From IMG/VR virus record IMGVR_UViG_3300009059_000716, positions 1-64,000 of that record: DNA of 64,000 nucleotides. One strand, written 5' to 3'. This DNA comes from a virus. A program made the position numbers and the translations under genes. The notes beneath the pieces are model-generated. The model ran no database searches. It was not told the DNA's origin and worked only from the letters and a program-made list of their open reading frames with translations. Below, one piece after another: positions 38,852 to 49,023 of this stretch. The number at the start of each line of letters is the position of its first letter. The stretch's first letter is position 1.

Positions 38852-39475
38852 ATGAAAATTAGTTACGCAATAACAGTATGTAATGAGTTTGTAGAAATAC
38901 AAAAGCTTGTTAACTTTCTTAGAGAGAATAAAAGAACTCAAGATGAGATTGTTATACTCTTTGATCAGAAGAACGGTGACCAAGAAGTAGCCAACTGGTT
39001 AACTAAACAAAGTAAATACCCAAATGTTCAGTTCTGGAGAGGATTCTTTGATGGCCATTTCGCTGATTGGAAAAATAAATTGACAGAATACTGTGAAGGA
39101 GATTATATCTTTCAGATTGATGCCGATGAATTGCCTAATAAAATTCTCATTGATAACCTACCTAATATACTAGAGGCTAACCCTACAGTTGATATGTTAA
39201 GAGTTTCTAGAATTAATACTGTTGAAGGATTAACAGAAGAGCATATTAAGAAATGGGGATGGACGGTAAATGAAAAAGGTTGGGTTAACTGGGCAGACTG
39301 GCAAATGAGAATCTATAGAAGACATCCTGATATTAAGTGGAAAAATAAAGTTCATGAAGTATTGGATGGATTTAAAATACACGGGATGTTACCAATGGAG
39401 GAAGAGTATGCTCTATACCATCCAAAAGATATAGAAAGACAAGAAAAACAAAACGCATACTACGATACATTATGA
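38852..39475 (+). CDS. Glycosyltransferase family 2
   Basis: ISYAITVCNE, IFQIDADE, W..KVHE. Confidence 0.85.
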   Translation: MKISYAITVCNEFVEIQKLVNFLRENKRTQDEIVILFDQKNGDQEVANWLTKQSKYPNVQFWRGFFDGHFADWKNKLTEYCEGDYIFQIDADELPNKILIDNLPNILEANPTVDMLRVSRINTVEGLTEEHIKKWGWTVNEKGWVNWADWQMRIYRRHPDIKWKNKVHEVLDGFKIHGMLPMEEEYALYHPKDIERQEKQNAYYDTL

Positions 39476-39786
39476 AACCAAAAAGTAATATATACGTAGA
39501 TATAGATGAAACTATCTGTGATTATGAGTACAGAGAAGATAAGTTTAACTACAACTTAGCAAGACCTATACAAATTAATATAGATAAAATTAATAGACTC
39601 TATATTCAGGGACATTTAATTACATACTGGACTGCTAGAGGTTCAAGAACTGGGGAAGACTGGTACGAAGTTACTAAAAATCAATTAGAGGAATGGGGAT
39701 GTAAGTACCACTTCTTAAGTGTAGGAGAAAAACCTGCATATGATTTACTGATATGTGATAAATCTAGAAGGATAGAGGAGATATGA
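39472..39786 (+). CDS. HAD-superfamily phosphatase (capsule-biosynthesis type)
   Basis: DIDET, WTARG, KP..D..ICDK. Confidence 0.8.
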   Translation: MKPKSNIYVDIDETICDYEYREDKFNYNLARPIQINIDKINRLYIQGHLITYWTARGSRTGEDWYEVTKNQLEEWGCKYHFLSVGEKPAYDLLICDKSRRIEEI

Positions 39787-40634
39787 AAAAAACCTATATA
39801 ATAGCTGAAATCGGAATTAACCATCAGGGTGATATTAATATTGCAAAACGGTTAATAGATATTGCAGCAGCAGCTGGATGTGATGCAGTAAAGTTTCAAA
39901 AACGTAACCCCGATATAGCAGTCCCTGCAGCACAAAAAAATAAACCTCGTAGATGGCAAGGTCAAGATATGACCTATCTTGAATATAAGTATAAGGTTGA
40001 ATTCGGTAAAGAAGAATACGACGAAATCGATCGATACTGTAAGCAGCAAAACATTACTTGGTCAGCTTCACCATGGGATTATGATTCGGTTGAATTTTTA
40101 AAACAGTATGATTTACCGTTTATAAAAGTACCTTCTGCTATGTTAACAAATCATAAACTGCTTACTTCATGTATGAAGAGTAGTATGAGAGTAATACTTT
40201 CAACAGGAATGTCCACTGAAGAAGAAATAGATGAAGCAGTTAATGTATTAAGAAAAGCTAAACATTTTTTTAGAAACCCTCATCCAATAGGATTACTACA
40301 TTGTAATTCTTCCTACCCTGCTCCTGTAGAAGAACTTAACTTATCCGCTATAAAGACCTTAACCGAAAAATACCCTGATTGTGAAATAGGATACTCAGGA
40401 CATGAGATATTACTAGGTACGACAGTAGCGTCAGTACTACTAGGAGCGTCAATTGTAGAGAGACATGTTACACTAGATAGGAATATGGAGGGATCGGATC
40501 ATGCATGCTCTGTTACTCCACATGGTCTTTTTAAACTAGTTTCAGGAATAAGAGATTTAGAAAAAGCATATGGGGATGGACAAATCAAAGTAACTGAAAC
40601 TGAAAAAGCTGTTAAAGAAAAACTTAGAGGATGA
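39783..40634 (+). CDS. neuB: N-acetylneuraminate/nonulosonate synthase (no AFL domain)
   Basis: IAEIGINHQG, DAVKFQK, LSTGMS, HCNSSYP, GYSGHE, ERHVTLDR. Confidence 0.92.
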   Translation: MKKTYIIAEIGINHQGDINIAKRLIDIAAAAGCDAVKFQKRNPDIAVPAAQKNKPRRWQGQDMTYLEYKYKVEFGKEEYDEIDRYCKQQNITWSASPWDYDSVEFLKQYDLPFIKVPSAMLTNHKLLTSCMKSSMRVILSTGMSTEEEIDEAVNVLRKAKHFFRNPHPIGLLHCNSSYPAPVEELNLSAIKTLTEKYPDCEIGYSGHEILLGTTVASVLLGASIVERHVTLDRNMEGSDHACSVTPHGLFKLVSGIRDLEKAYGDGQIKVTETEKAVKEKLRG

Positions 40635-41314
40635 AAAACTTAAATGAAATAGCATTTGTAGTTCAGGCAAGACTTAATAGTAAAAGGGTACCTCAAAAGA
40701 TGATTCGTCCATTTGCTGGTGATACGTTATTTGGTATAGTATTAGACAAGCTATTGGACTGCAAAAATATACCTAACGAAAATATATTTGCTTCTATATA
40801 CGAAGACGAGCTTATAGAGATTGTAGATAATAAACCAATCAGTTATTTTGTTAGAAGTAAAGAATCAGCCGAAGAAGAGGACAATTTACAATTAATATAC
40901 GAATGGCATGATAAGCTTCCAGCTAAGTACAAGTACGTAGTTCTAATTTCTGGTTGTAATCCATTACTTCAAATAAATACGATTGATAGGTTTATAGAAA
41001 AGTTCGTAAACCAACAGGAAGAAAATCTATTTGCAGTCATAGAAAAAAGACAGTACTTCTGGAATAAACAAGGTAAGATGATTAATGATTGGCCGGTAGG
41101 TGAAACAATAATGAATACGAAAGTCATTGAACCTACATATGAAGCAGCACATTGTCTCTACGCTTCTAGATTAGATACTATAAAAAATAATAAATTTATG
41201 GTAGATTTTTCAAAAGAAAACCTTACCTTATATACTATACCAGAACTAGAGTCATTTGATATCGATTACGAATGGCAATTTAAAACAGCTGAACTGTTGT
41301 ATGAAAAAATTTAA
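40631..41314 (+). CDS. neuA: CMP-nonulosonate synthetase (NeuA-like cytidylyltransferase)
   Basis: QARLNSKRVPQK, CNPLL, DIDYEWQF. Confidence 0.8.
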   Translation: MKNLNEIAFVVQARLNSKRVPQKMIRPFAGDTLFGIVLDKLLDCKNIPNENIFASIYEDELIEIVDNKPISYFVRSKESAEEEDNLQLIYEWHDKLPAKYKYVVLISGCNPLLQINTIDRFIEKFVNQQEENLFAVIEKRQYFWNKQGKMINDWPVGETIMNTKVIEPTYEAAHCLYASRLDTIKNNKFMVDFSKENLTLYTIPELESFDIDYEWQFKTAELLYEKI

Positions 41315-42128
41315 AGTAGGAGTATTAGGAAACGGATTCGTAGGAGAGAGTCAAGCATTTGCTTTCTCACCAACTACCGATTTAAGAATTTATGATGTAG
41401 ATCCATTAAAAGCTACTCATACAAAAGAACAAGTAGACGAATGTGATTTTATATTTGTTTGTGTTCCAACACCAATGTATAAAGATGGTTCACAAGATCT
41501 ATCTTATATTGAAAAAGTATTTGAAGAGGCAGTAGAAGGGCCAATCTATATTATCAAATCTACAGTGCTACCCGGTACCACAAAAGAACTCTCTGAGAAA
41601 TATAATAAGATTAATATAGTATTTAGTCCTGAGTTTTTAACTGAGAGAACCGCTAAGTTAGATATGTTAACACAAGCAAGAATTATCTTTGGAGGACCAA
41701 GACAGCATACTAGAAAAGTAAGAGATTTGTTTGAGCAAAGATTCATGAATAGAAATATAATTGAAACAGACTCTACAACTGCTGAGTTAATCAAATATAT
41801 GAACAATACTTTCTTTGCAACCAAAGTATCTATCATGAATGAATTCAAAAGACTTTCAGATGCAATAGGAACTGATTGGGAGACAGCTTTATATGGATTT
41901 GCTTCTGACGGAAGGATAGGAGATAGCCACTTACATGTCCCTGGACCAGACGGTAGAATGGGATACGGAGGAACTTGTTTTCCTAAAGATGTTAACGCTA
42001 TTATAAAATACGGAGAAAAATATGGAACTCCTATGAATACTATAGCTGCAGGTTGGAAGACCAACCTAGAGGTTAGACCAGAAAAAGATTGGGAAAAAGA
42101 TAAAGGTAGAGCAGTAAGCGATGATTAA
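41301..42128 (+). CDS. UDP-glucose/GDP-mannose dehydrogenase family, short form
   Basis: GNGFVG, CVPTP, IKSTVLPG, SPEFL, AELIKY, GYGGTCFPKD. Confidence 0.88.
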   Translation: MKKFKVGVLGNGFVGESQAFAFSPTTDLRIYDVDPLKATHTKEQVDECDFIFVCVPTPMYKDGSQDLSYIEKVFEEAVEGPIYIIKSTVLPGTTKELSEKYNKINIVFSPEFLTERTAKLDMLTQARIIFGGPRQHTRKVRDLFEQRFMNRNIIETDSTTAELIKYMNNTFFATKVSIMNEFKRLSDAIGTDWETALYGFASDGRIGDSHLHVPGPDGRMGYGGTCFPKDVNAIIKYGEKYGTPMNTIAAGWKTNLEVRPEKDWEKDKGRAVSDD

Positions 42129-42807
42129 AAATAGTTTTAGGGAAGATATAGAGTTCATTTTTACTAAACTAAAAAATAAAGAGAAGTTTAGTTTTAGTAA
42201 ATACGCTGATGGAGAGTTCGCAATACTAGCTAACCAACGTATAACCAATATCGATAATTGGACTTTTGATCCAACAAAACATTCTGAGATTAGGAATGAA
42301 TTAATAAGATCGTTCCAATTTAAAGATCCTGAATACTACGTAGGAGTTAGCTGTAAGTGCTGCCAACCTGAACAAATAGTAAACTGGATGAGACAAGAAT
42401 CAAAACAAGATGTTCTTACTTGGGCTAACATATTTGTTAATAGTAACTACCCTTACTTCCAAGAGAATTTTATTCCGGAATTTAGTAACCATAAAGTAGT
42501 TTTATTTGCAAGAGAAGATGCTCGTACAAATGAATTACCATTTGAAGTAGAACATATACCTATAACTTCGGAAGCTTTTATAGATAATTTTGATATGGTA
42601 GAAAATTTTCCTATAGAAGAATATAAAGACAAGTTATTTTTATTCTGTGCTGGACCATTAGGTAACATGTTAGCAGCTAAATTTTGGGAAAAGAATAAAG
42701 AGAATACATATCTTGATATAGGTTCAACATTAAACGGATACTTAACTGAAACTAATAGAGGGTACCTTAAAGGAGGTAACACAGCACTAAAAACTTGTAT
42801 ATGGTAA
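42121..42807 (+). CDS. GT-D-fold (DUF1792-like) glycosyltransferase
   Basis: FSKYADGE, CAGP, YLDIGS. Confidence 0.6.
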   Translation: MIKNSFREDIEFIFTKLKNKEKFSFSKYADGEFAILANQRITNIDNWTFDPTKHSEIRNELIRSFQFKDPEYYVGVSCKCCQPEQIVNWMRQESKQDVLTWANIFVNSNYPYFQENFIPEFSNHKVVLFAREDARTNELPFEVEHIPITSEAFIDNFDMVENFPIEEYKDKLFLFCAGPLGNMLAAKFWEKNKENTYLDIGSTLNGYLTETNRGYLKGGNTALKTCIW

Positions 42808-43781
42808 ATAAAGTCTTAATTTGTTTTGGAACAAGACCTGAATGGTTGAAAGTAAAACCTTTAGTTGAGACTTTAGATAACTGTCAACTACTCTTTACCG
42901 GTCAACATAAAGACTTACTTGCTGATATAAAAGTAGACTATAGAATAGAAATAGGAGATCAAACAAATAGACTTGATCAAATCATAAGTGACTGCTTACT
43001 TCAATTCCCAGAAGGAGACTTCGATACAGTCTTAGTTCACGGCGATACAGTTTCAGCTCTTGCTTGTGCTCTAGCAGCATTTAGTAGAAAGAAAAAAATC
43101 ATTCACCTTGAAGCAGGTTTAAGATCTCATGATTTGACTCAACCTTACCCGGAAGAAGGGTACAGACAAATGATATCTAGAATAGCAGATATAAACTTTG
43201 CTCCAACTGAACTGTCAGCTGAGAATTTAAAACAAGAAAGAGTTTTAGGAACAACACACATTGTAGGTAATTCAGTTTTAGATAACTTACTGCCATTAAA
43301 AGATGAAGCAGTATATGGAGACAAAGTTCTAGTCACCTTACATAGATGGGAGAATCATATTTGGATGGATAAATGGTTTAAAGAAGTAAACCAACTAGCG
43401 ATTGATAACCCTACCTTAGAGTTTATCATTCCTCTACACCATCATCCCGAAGTACAAAAACATAGAGAATTACTAACACATGTTAATGTAGTTCCGTCTT
43501 TACCTCATACTGAACTTTTAGATATAATGTTACAATCTAAACTCATCATATCAGATAGCGGAGGACTTCAGGAAGAAGGAACATTCTTTAATAAGAAAGT
43601 AATTGTATGTAGAGATGTAACTGAAAGACCAGAAGGTATAGAAACAGGACATTTACATTTATGTCATTACCCAGAACAGATATCTGATATCTTTTATAAG
43701 ATTTTAAATAATTACGAAATAGATACAAAATGTCCATACGGTGAAGGTAATACAGCCAAACTAGTTAAAGATTTACTATGA
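42801..43781 (+). CDS. wecB: UDP-N-acetylglucosamine 2-epimerase
   Basis: GTRPE, TGQH, HGDT, HLEAGLRS, PEE, TLHR, DSGGLQEE, TERPE. Confidence 0.92.
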   Translation: MVNKVLICFGTRPEWLKVKPLVETLDNCQLLFTGQHKDLLADIKVDYRIEIGDQTNRLDQIISDCLLQFPEGDFDTVLVHGDTVSALACALAAFSRKKKIIHLEAGLRSHDLTQPYPEEGYRQMISRIADINFAPTELSAENLKQERVLGTTHIVGNSVLDNLLPLKDEAVYGDKVLVTLHRWENHIWMDKWFKEVNQLAIDNPTLEFIIPLHHHPEVQKHRELLTHVNVVPSLPHTELLDIMLQSKLIISDSGGLQEEGTFFNKKVIVCRDVTERPEGIETGHLHLCHYPEQISDIFYKILNNYEIDTKCPYGEGNTAKLVKDLL

Positions 43782-44494
43782 TAACAGTTGTACTAAATAG
43801 CTACAAAAGAGCACAATACCTACCTGAACAGATAAAAGCCATTAGGGAACAATCTATTCCTGTAGACGAAATAATGGTATGGTCAAACAAACCAGAAGAA
43901 GGGTTACAGTACAATATAGATAATTTAGGAGTTAAGGTAGCTTATGCAAATCATAATTTCAAGTTTCATGGTAGATTTGCTTTTGGTTTATTAGCTAGAA
44001 GCGAGTATGTAGCTTTTTTTGATGACGATACAATACCTGGACCTAAATGGTTTGAATCTTGTTTAAAATACTCAGAGGAAAATATTATACTAGGTTCAAC
44101 AGGAGTTAAGTATTTAGGAGATGCTTATGACCCGCATGAAAAGTATGGCTGGAATGGAATAAAAAGTAATAAACTAGAAGATGTTGACTTAGTTGGACAT
44201 TCATGGTTTATGAAAAGATCTACTTTAAAGTACTTATGGGAAGAAGATCCCATCTCTTGGGAGAACGGAGAAGATATTCAACTGTCTGGTTTTGCTTATA
44301 AATACGGAAACATAAGAACAGCAGTACCCCCTCACACTCTAGATAATAGAGAGGAATGGGGAAGTATAAAAGGAGACGTATACGGAAATGATGAAAATGC
44401 TTCTCATTGGAAAGGTAATCATTCACCGTTACGTAATCAGATTTCTAAAACATTAATGGAACAAGGATACAAAAAAGTAATAGATAGAATATGA
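43778..44494 (+). CDS. GT-A fold glycosyltransferase
   Basis: LNSYKR, GRF, FFDDD, GEDI. Confidence 0.75.
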   Translation: MITVVLNSYKRAQYLPEQIKAIREQSIPVDEIMVWSNKPEEGLQYNIDNLGVKVAYANHNFKFHGRFAFGLLARSEYVAFFDDDTIPGPKWFESCLKYSEENIILGSTGVKYLGDAYDPHEKYGWNGIKSNKLEDVDLVGHSWFMKRSTLKYLWEEDPISWENGEDIQLSGFAYKYGNIRTAVPPHTLDNREEWGSIKGDVYGNDENASHWKGNHSPLRNQISKTLMEQGYKKVIDRI

Positions 44495-45339
44495 AAGTAC
44501 TAGTAACAGGCGGAGCTGGTTTTATCGGAACAAATATTGTTAATAAACTTCTTAAAGAGGGGCATGAAGTTATGTCTTTAGATAATTACGATAGTGGCCT
44601 TAAAGAGAATGAACTACCTGGATGTATATACAAAGAAGGAGAGTTAGAGTTCTTAAAGTACTTTAATGGAAACGGATTTGATATAGTTTACCATCTAGCA
44701 GCTTTATCTAGAATACAGCCTTCATTTGAAAATCCATTAGAAACTTTCAGAGTAAATACCGAAGGAAGTTTAATTGTAGCTGATTGGGCTAAAAAGTACA
44801 ACGTAAAGGTTGTTTATGCCGGTTCATCTTCAAGATGGCATGATCCATTACAATCACCTTACGCAGCTTTTAAACATATGGGAGAAGAAATCTTTAAAAT
44901 GTATAGAAAGGTATACGGGTTAAATGTAGAAATAGCTAGATTCTATAATGTATATGGACCGAAAGAAATAGTAGATGGAGATTGGGCAGCAGTTATAGGA
45001 ATATGGAGACGTCAAGTTAGAGATGGAGAACGTATTACAATAGTAGGTGATGGAGAACAGAGAAGAGACTTTACTCATGTTCACGACATAGTAGACGCTT
45101 TATATAAAATTGGTATTGGAAAAGAATCACACGAAGATGCTTGGGAATTAGGAACAGGAGTCAACTACTCTATCAACGAAGTATTTGATATGTTTAAAAG
45201 TAGGTTTAATGTTGAAGCAGTATACTTACCAGACCAGAAAGGAAACTATAGAAAGACTTTAAGAGAGAATGATGATAGTTTATTACGTTTAGGTTGGAAA
45301 CCTGAAGATCAATTACTATCTTATATAAACAGCTTATGA
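44491..45339 (+). CDS. NAD-dependent epimerase/dehydratase
   Basis: GGAGFIG, HLAA, YxxxK, RFYNVYGP, RDFTHV. Confidence 0.92.
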   Translation: MKVLVTGGAGFIGTNIVNKLLKEGHEVMSLDNYDSGLKENELPGCIYKEGELEFLKYFNGNGFDIVYHLAALSRIQPSFENPLETFRVNTEGSLIVADWAKKYNVKVVYAGSSSRWHDPLQSPYAAFKHMGEEIFKMYRKVYGLNVEIARFYNVYGPKEIVDGDWAAVIGIWRRQVRDGERITIVGDGEQRRDFTHVHDIVDALYKIGIGKESHEDAWELGTGVNYSINEVFDMFKSRFNVEAVYLPDQKGNYRKTLRENDDSLLRLGWKPEDQLLSYINSL

Positions 45340-46085
45340 AATTAGTAGTATATACAGCCCTATTTGCAGACGAATCTCTACCTTTAGAAGATGTAGGAAG
45401 GTTTTTTCCATTCACTCATGACAAAGGAGGTGTAGAGTACATAGCGTTTACAAATAGAGAAGACCTAAAATCAGACTTTTGGGATGTAAGAGGTATAGAA
45501 AAAGAAGGGGATAAGTCATTTAGAATGATGTCTAGGTTCTTAAAATGGAACCCAACAAAAGCTAATCTTCCGGAACATACTCATTCATTATGGATGGACT
45601 CACAATGTTATTTCCAATACGAACCTACAGCTATTGTTGATGGATACTTGAAAGACAAATACCATACAGCTATGCATCATCATACAGACCTACAAAGTAT
45701 CTATGTAGAAGGAATGGTAACATCGTATGTTTACTTTAATGACAAACCTTCTATTGTTAATAGACAATTAGAAAGATACTTCGAAGAAGGGCATCCTTAT
45801 CAATATGATCATTACGAAACTGGAATACTTATTAGAAAGAACTGTAAGGAAGCTAATGAACTTGGAGAGACTGTTTATAATGAACTCTCCAACGGAAGTA
45901 TTAGAGATCAACTATGTACACCATATGTAGTTAAAAAGAGGAGAGACAAAGGAGATGAAGGTATACTAACAATACAAGAATCTTTCACAGGACATAGAGG
46001 ACAGCTACCTCTACCTAAATCAAAAATATTTTTTACAGAACCAAAACCAAGCGAAAAGCTTAAAGAAGATTTAACAAAGAGATGA
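45336..46085 (+). CDS. DUF616/TOD1-like glycosyltransferase
   Basis: VVYTA, AFT, R..K..P, SLWMD, RDQL. Confidence 0.7.
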   Translation: MKLVVYTALFADESLPLEDVGRFFPFTHDKGGVEYIAFTNREDLKSDFWDVRGIEKEGDKSFRMMSRFLKWNPTKANLPEHTHSLWMDSQCYFQYEPTAIVDGYLKDKYHTAMHHHTDLQSIYVEGMVTSYVYFNDKPSIVNRQLERYFEEGHPYQYDHYETGILIRKNCKEANELGETVYNELSNGSIRDQLCTPYVVKKRRDKGDEGILTIQESFTGHRGQLPLPKSKIFFTEPKPSEKLKEDLTKR

Positions 46086-46255
46086 AAAAGTACATTGTAG
46101 AGTTTACGTATCTAGACGGAACAAAAGAAGAAGTAGAGTTTTTAACCGATAGAATTGATTGGACTATAAACCAATACTGCCGTAATAGAATGATAGCTAA
46201 TTCACAAGTTTTAACAGAAGGATCATCAAATAGTAAAAAAATGTTATTAGGTTAA
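46082..46255 (+). CDS. Small hypothetical protein, 57 aa (not in ORF track)
   Basis: MKKYIVEF..QYCRNR..KKMLLG; ATGA overlap. Confidence 0.6.
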   Translation: MKKYIVEFTYLDGTKEEVEFLTDRIDWTINQYCRNRMIANSQVLTEGSSNSKKMLLG

Positions 46256-46298
46256 CTATTTATTTGTATACCCGAAAAAGATTTCTTATATTTAAGAT

Positions 46299-46676
46299 AT
46301 GAAACAATTAGAAAAATTAGTAAAAGAAGTTATAACTGAAGCAGCTAAAATTAACTTTGCTGGACATTCATTTATGCTTAAGGTTGACACTAATGAGGAT
46401 CCTCAGAAGAAAGGTGTAAAGGTTCAATTTATTCCAACACAGTTTGGACAAATGACTCCAACCGAACAAAATGATATTGCAATCGAATTGGAAACTAGAC
46501 TTGAAAAAGGATTAGGTCAGTTTGATATGAGAGTAGAAAGAGACAGAAACTTAAAGGATAAAACTATTATAGGTTTCTTTATCTATATTGAATATTTCGA
46601 TAGAATTATTCGTAAGGCTCTAGCAGGAGAGAATCCTGATCAAGGAGACGCTGGTGCAGAACCAGAACAAGTGTAA
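46299..46676 (+). CDS. Hypothetical protein
   Basis: ORF after promoter 46264-46294. Confidence 0.75.
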   Translation: MKQLEKLVKEVITEAAKINFAGHSFMLKVDTNEDPQKKGVKVQFIPTQFGQMTPTEQNDIAIELETRLEKGLGQFDMRVERDRNLKDKTIIGFFIYIEYFDRIIRKALAGENPDQGDAGAEPEQV

Positions 46677-46694
46677 CTTAAAACCAGTTTACAG

Positions 46695-46853
46695 ATGAAT
46701 GGGTATCGATTTTACAGTAAAGAAGACCCTGAAAAAGAAACTATTATGGCCTGGCCTTCTAGTTCTTTTGAAACGGCAGTAGAAAGATTTGCACAAATTA
46801 AGAATCTTCCAGTAGAAGATTTTACTAAACTATTTGAAGTAGAAAGATTATGA
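46695..46853 (+). CDS. Small hypothetical protein, 52 aa (not in ORF track)
   Basis: MNGYRFYSK..FAQIKNL..LFEVERL; ATGA overlap. Confidence 0.6.
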   Translation: MNGYRFYSKEDPEKETIMAWPSSSFETAVERFAQIKNLPVEDFTKLFEVERL

Positions 46854-47257
46854 TTGAACCTAGAAAAAAAGTCAGACAAGTCCTATTTTCTATTCATCAA
46901 TTATCTTACCGCATCAAAGAAAAATCCCCAAGTAACGAGCATATGAATAAAAAAATATTCATAGAGGTTTTAGAACAATTAAAGTTAATCGAAGAGCGTA
47001 GGGATTTTATGGAAGAAGAAATAGGAATGGATATGACACAGTACGAAGATCAATTCTTCTCAGTCATTGAGAACCTATTTAAATTAGCTTTCAATAAACA
47101 GCAACTTGGACTCATTCAATTATACCTCTATCAGTTAGTACCGGACAAAGAATGGGACGGAACAATCACAATAGAATTAGGTAAAGAAGAAAAGGTAGTA
47201 AATTTTAAAACACCTGAAGATGTTTGGAATACTATAAACTTATTTACAAATGGTTAA
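46850..47257 (+). CDS. Hypothetical protein
   Basis: ORF only. Confidence 0.75.
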   Translation: MIEPRKKVRQVLFSIHQLSYRIKEKSPSNEHMNKKIFIEVLEQLKLIEERRDFMEEEIGMDMTQYEDQFFSVIENLFKLAFNKQQLGLIQLYLYQLVPDKEWDGTITIELGKEEKVVNFKTPEDVWNTINLFTNG

Positions 47258-47579
47258 CGTAAGTGATACAGCAGCACAGCAGCTACTAAATATATTTATA
47301 GAAGAGAATAAAGACCCAAAAGAAAACTACGTAAGAGTAGGAGTTAAATCAGGAGGATGTTCCGGTTTATCTTACATATTAGACTTTGAGGATAAAGCTT
47401 CGGAAGACGATAAAGTAGTAGAATCAAATGGAGTAAATCTTCTTATAGATAAAAAGAGTCTTTTATACCTTATCGGGACTACATTAGAATATTCTTCCGG
47501 ACTAAACGGTAAAGGATTTCATTGGACTAATCCAAACGCACAAAGAAGTTGCGGATGTGGAGAAAGTTTTTCACTATAA
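47250..47579 (+). CDS. iscA: Fe-S cluster assembly A-type carrier (IscA/HesB)
   Basis: GGCSGLSY, NPNA..CGCGESF. Confidence 0.93.
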   Translation: MVNVSDTAAQQLLNIFIEENKDPKENYVRVGVKSGGCSGLSYILDFEDKASEDDKVVESNGVNLLIDKKSLLYLIGTTLEYSSGLNGKGFHWTNPNAQRSCGCGESFSL

Positions 47580-47639
47580 AGTTGCTAGATTAAATTATTA
47601 TTCTTATATTTAGTATTATTAATTAACTAAAGGTTATAT

Positions 47640-48023
47640 ATGCAATTAGAAATGATTGAGTGCCCTAAATGCGGCAACGACTTCCCATTAAAAAGAAAAG
47701 AGTTAGGTTACCATGTATGTGTTAACTGTTCGACAACTAAAGCAGTAGTAGGCGTTACTACAGTAGAAGGAAGTGGAGACCATACTTACAATGATCTTAT
47801 TATTATGGATCAAGATCAATACCTTTCTATTAAAAGAAAAGAAGCTGAACTATCAGGTAAGAAATCAGACTTATTAGAAATTCTAGACTTAGACAGAGAC
47901 GAAAACGAAGTAAGCCAATCAGTAAAAGAACAAGTCAACGTAATATTAGATGACGACTTGGAAGCAGAGGAAGACGAACAAGACGTTGACAGAACAGGTC
48001 AAATAGAAGGAATAGATTACTAG
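47640..48023 (+). CDS. Zn-finger protein (DksA/TraR-like C4) with acidic tail
   Basis: CPKCG..P.KR..LG..CVNC. Confidence 0.6.
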   Translation: MQLEMIECPKCGNDFPLKRKELGYHVCVNCSTTKAVVGVTTVEGSGDHTYNDLIIMDQDQYLSIKRKEAELSGKKSDLLEILDLDRDENEVSQSVKEQVNVILDDDLEAEEDEQDVDRTGQIEGIDY

Positions 48024-48024
48024 T

Positions 48025-49020
48025 ATGGATTTTGAAAATTACTTTAGAGACATAGGAAGGAAAGTTATATACAAAGCTGTAAACGGTGAGTACGACAAAG
48101 GTATAGATATGTTTAGTTATAATGCTAAAGGAATAGATAACCATAAAAATCTCTATAAGTCTATACCTAATTTTAAAACTCAAGAGGATTTATGGGAGTT
48201 CTTATTAACTCACTTACCGGATGGGTATAAAGTTGGCACTTTTAACTTACCTCCTGAAGATATATACTCTGTATTTAGCCCAATCGACCTAGTACATCAA
48301 GCTATTGAGTTTTTGGAACTATACAAGGAAGGTAGTGATTGGAAAGCTTTGATTAGCGATCTAGAATTTAAAAATGGTAAAACACTACTCTTACCTGTAT
48401 ACACACACTATTTTAAATTATCTCAATTAGCACGTATCTACATAAAGGCTGGTCTAAATTTTACATACCCTCCAACTGCAAATAAAATTTTAAACTTACC
48501 TAAATACTTCTTACACCCAGGAGGTTTTAGACAGTTAATCTACCAAGTATTTTCACCTGATAAAAATATAGAAGTGCTTGGGCTAGCAGCTAAAGATGTT
48601 GAAGTAGTTAAAGAATTTAACAGTACTGAGAGTATATTAGAGTATTTTAAACTTAATACAGAAACAGCAGAATTAGATATTACCTTACATGGTTTCGAAA
48701 ATTTACTCCTGCCTCAATTTGCTTTCGGCTATACAGACTACCACAAAGGACTAAAATCAGAGTTTATAAACTTTCTCAAATTTTTTGATTCTGTAAACAT
48801 ATTTACCAACTTTATGTTTACTCATAAGAGTATAGATCAAAGTAAAGTAAAAACTGATTACTTTATAGAATTAGAAGATAAGGAAGATCCAATAATAATA
48901 CTAAAAGTATTTCTTCTACTACCTTTTTTAGAAACTAAAGATAGACACTATTTTGAGGAAATCCCAGGTGTAGTAGTAAGAGAATTAAAACCGATTAAGA
49001 TTACTAAAACTAACAACTAA
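48025..49020 (+). CDS. Hypothetical protein
   Basis: 331-aa ORF; HPGGFR motif. Confidence 0.75.
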   Translation: MDFENYFRDIGRKVIYKAVNGEYDKGIDMFSYNAKGIDNHKNLYKSIPNFKTQEDLWEFLLTHLPDGYKVGTFNLPPEDIYSVFSPIDLVHQAIEFLELYKEGSDWKALISDLEFKNGKTLLLPVYTHYFKLSQLARIYIKAGLNFTYPPTANKILNLPKYFLHPGGFRQLIYQVFSPDKNIEVLGLAAKDVEVVKEFNSTESILEYFKLNTETAELDITLHGFENLLLPQFAFGYTDYHKGLKSEFINFLKFFDSVNIFTNFMFTHKSIDQSKVKTDYFIELEDKEDPIIILKVFLLLPFLETKDRHYFEEIPGVVVRELKPIKITKTNN

Positions 49021-49023
49021 AAA

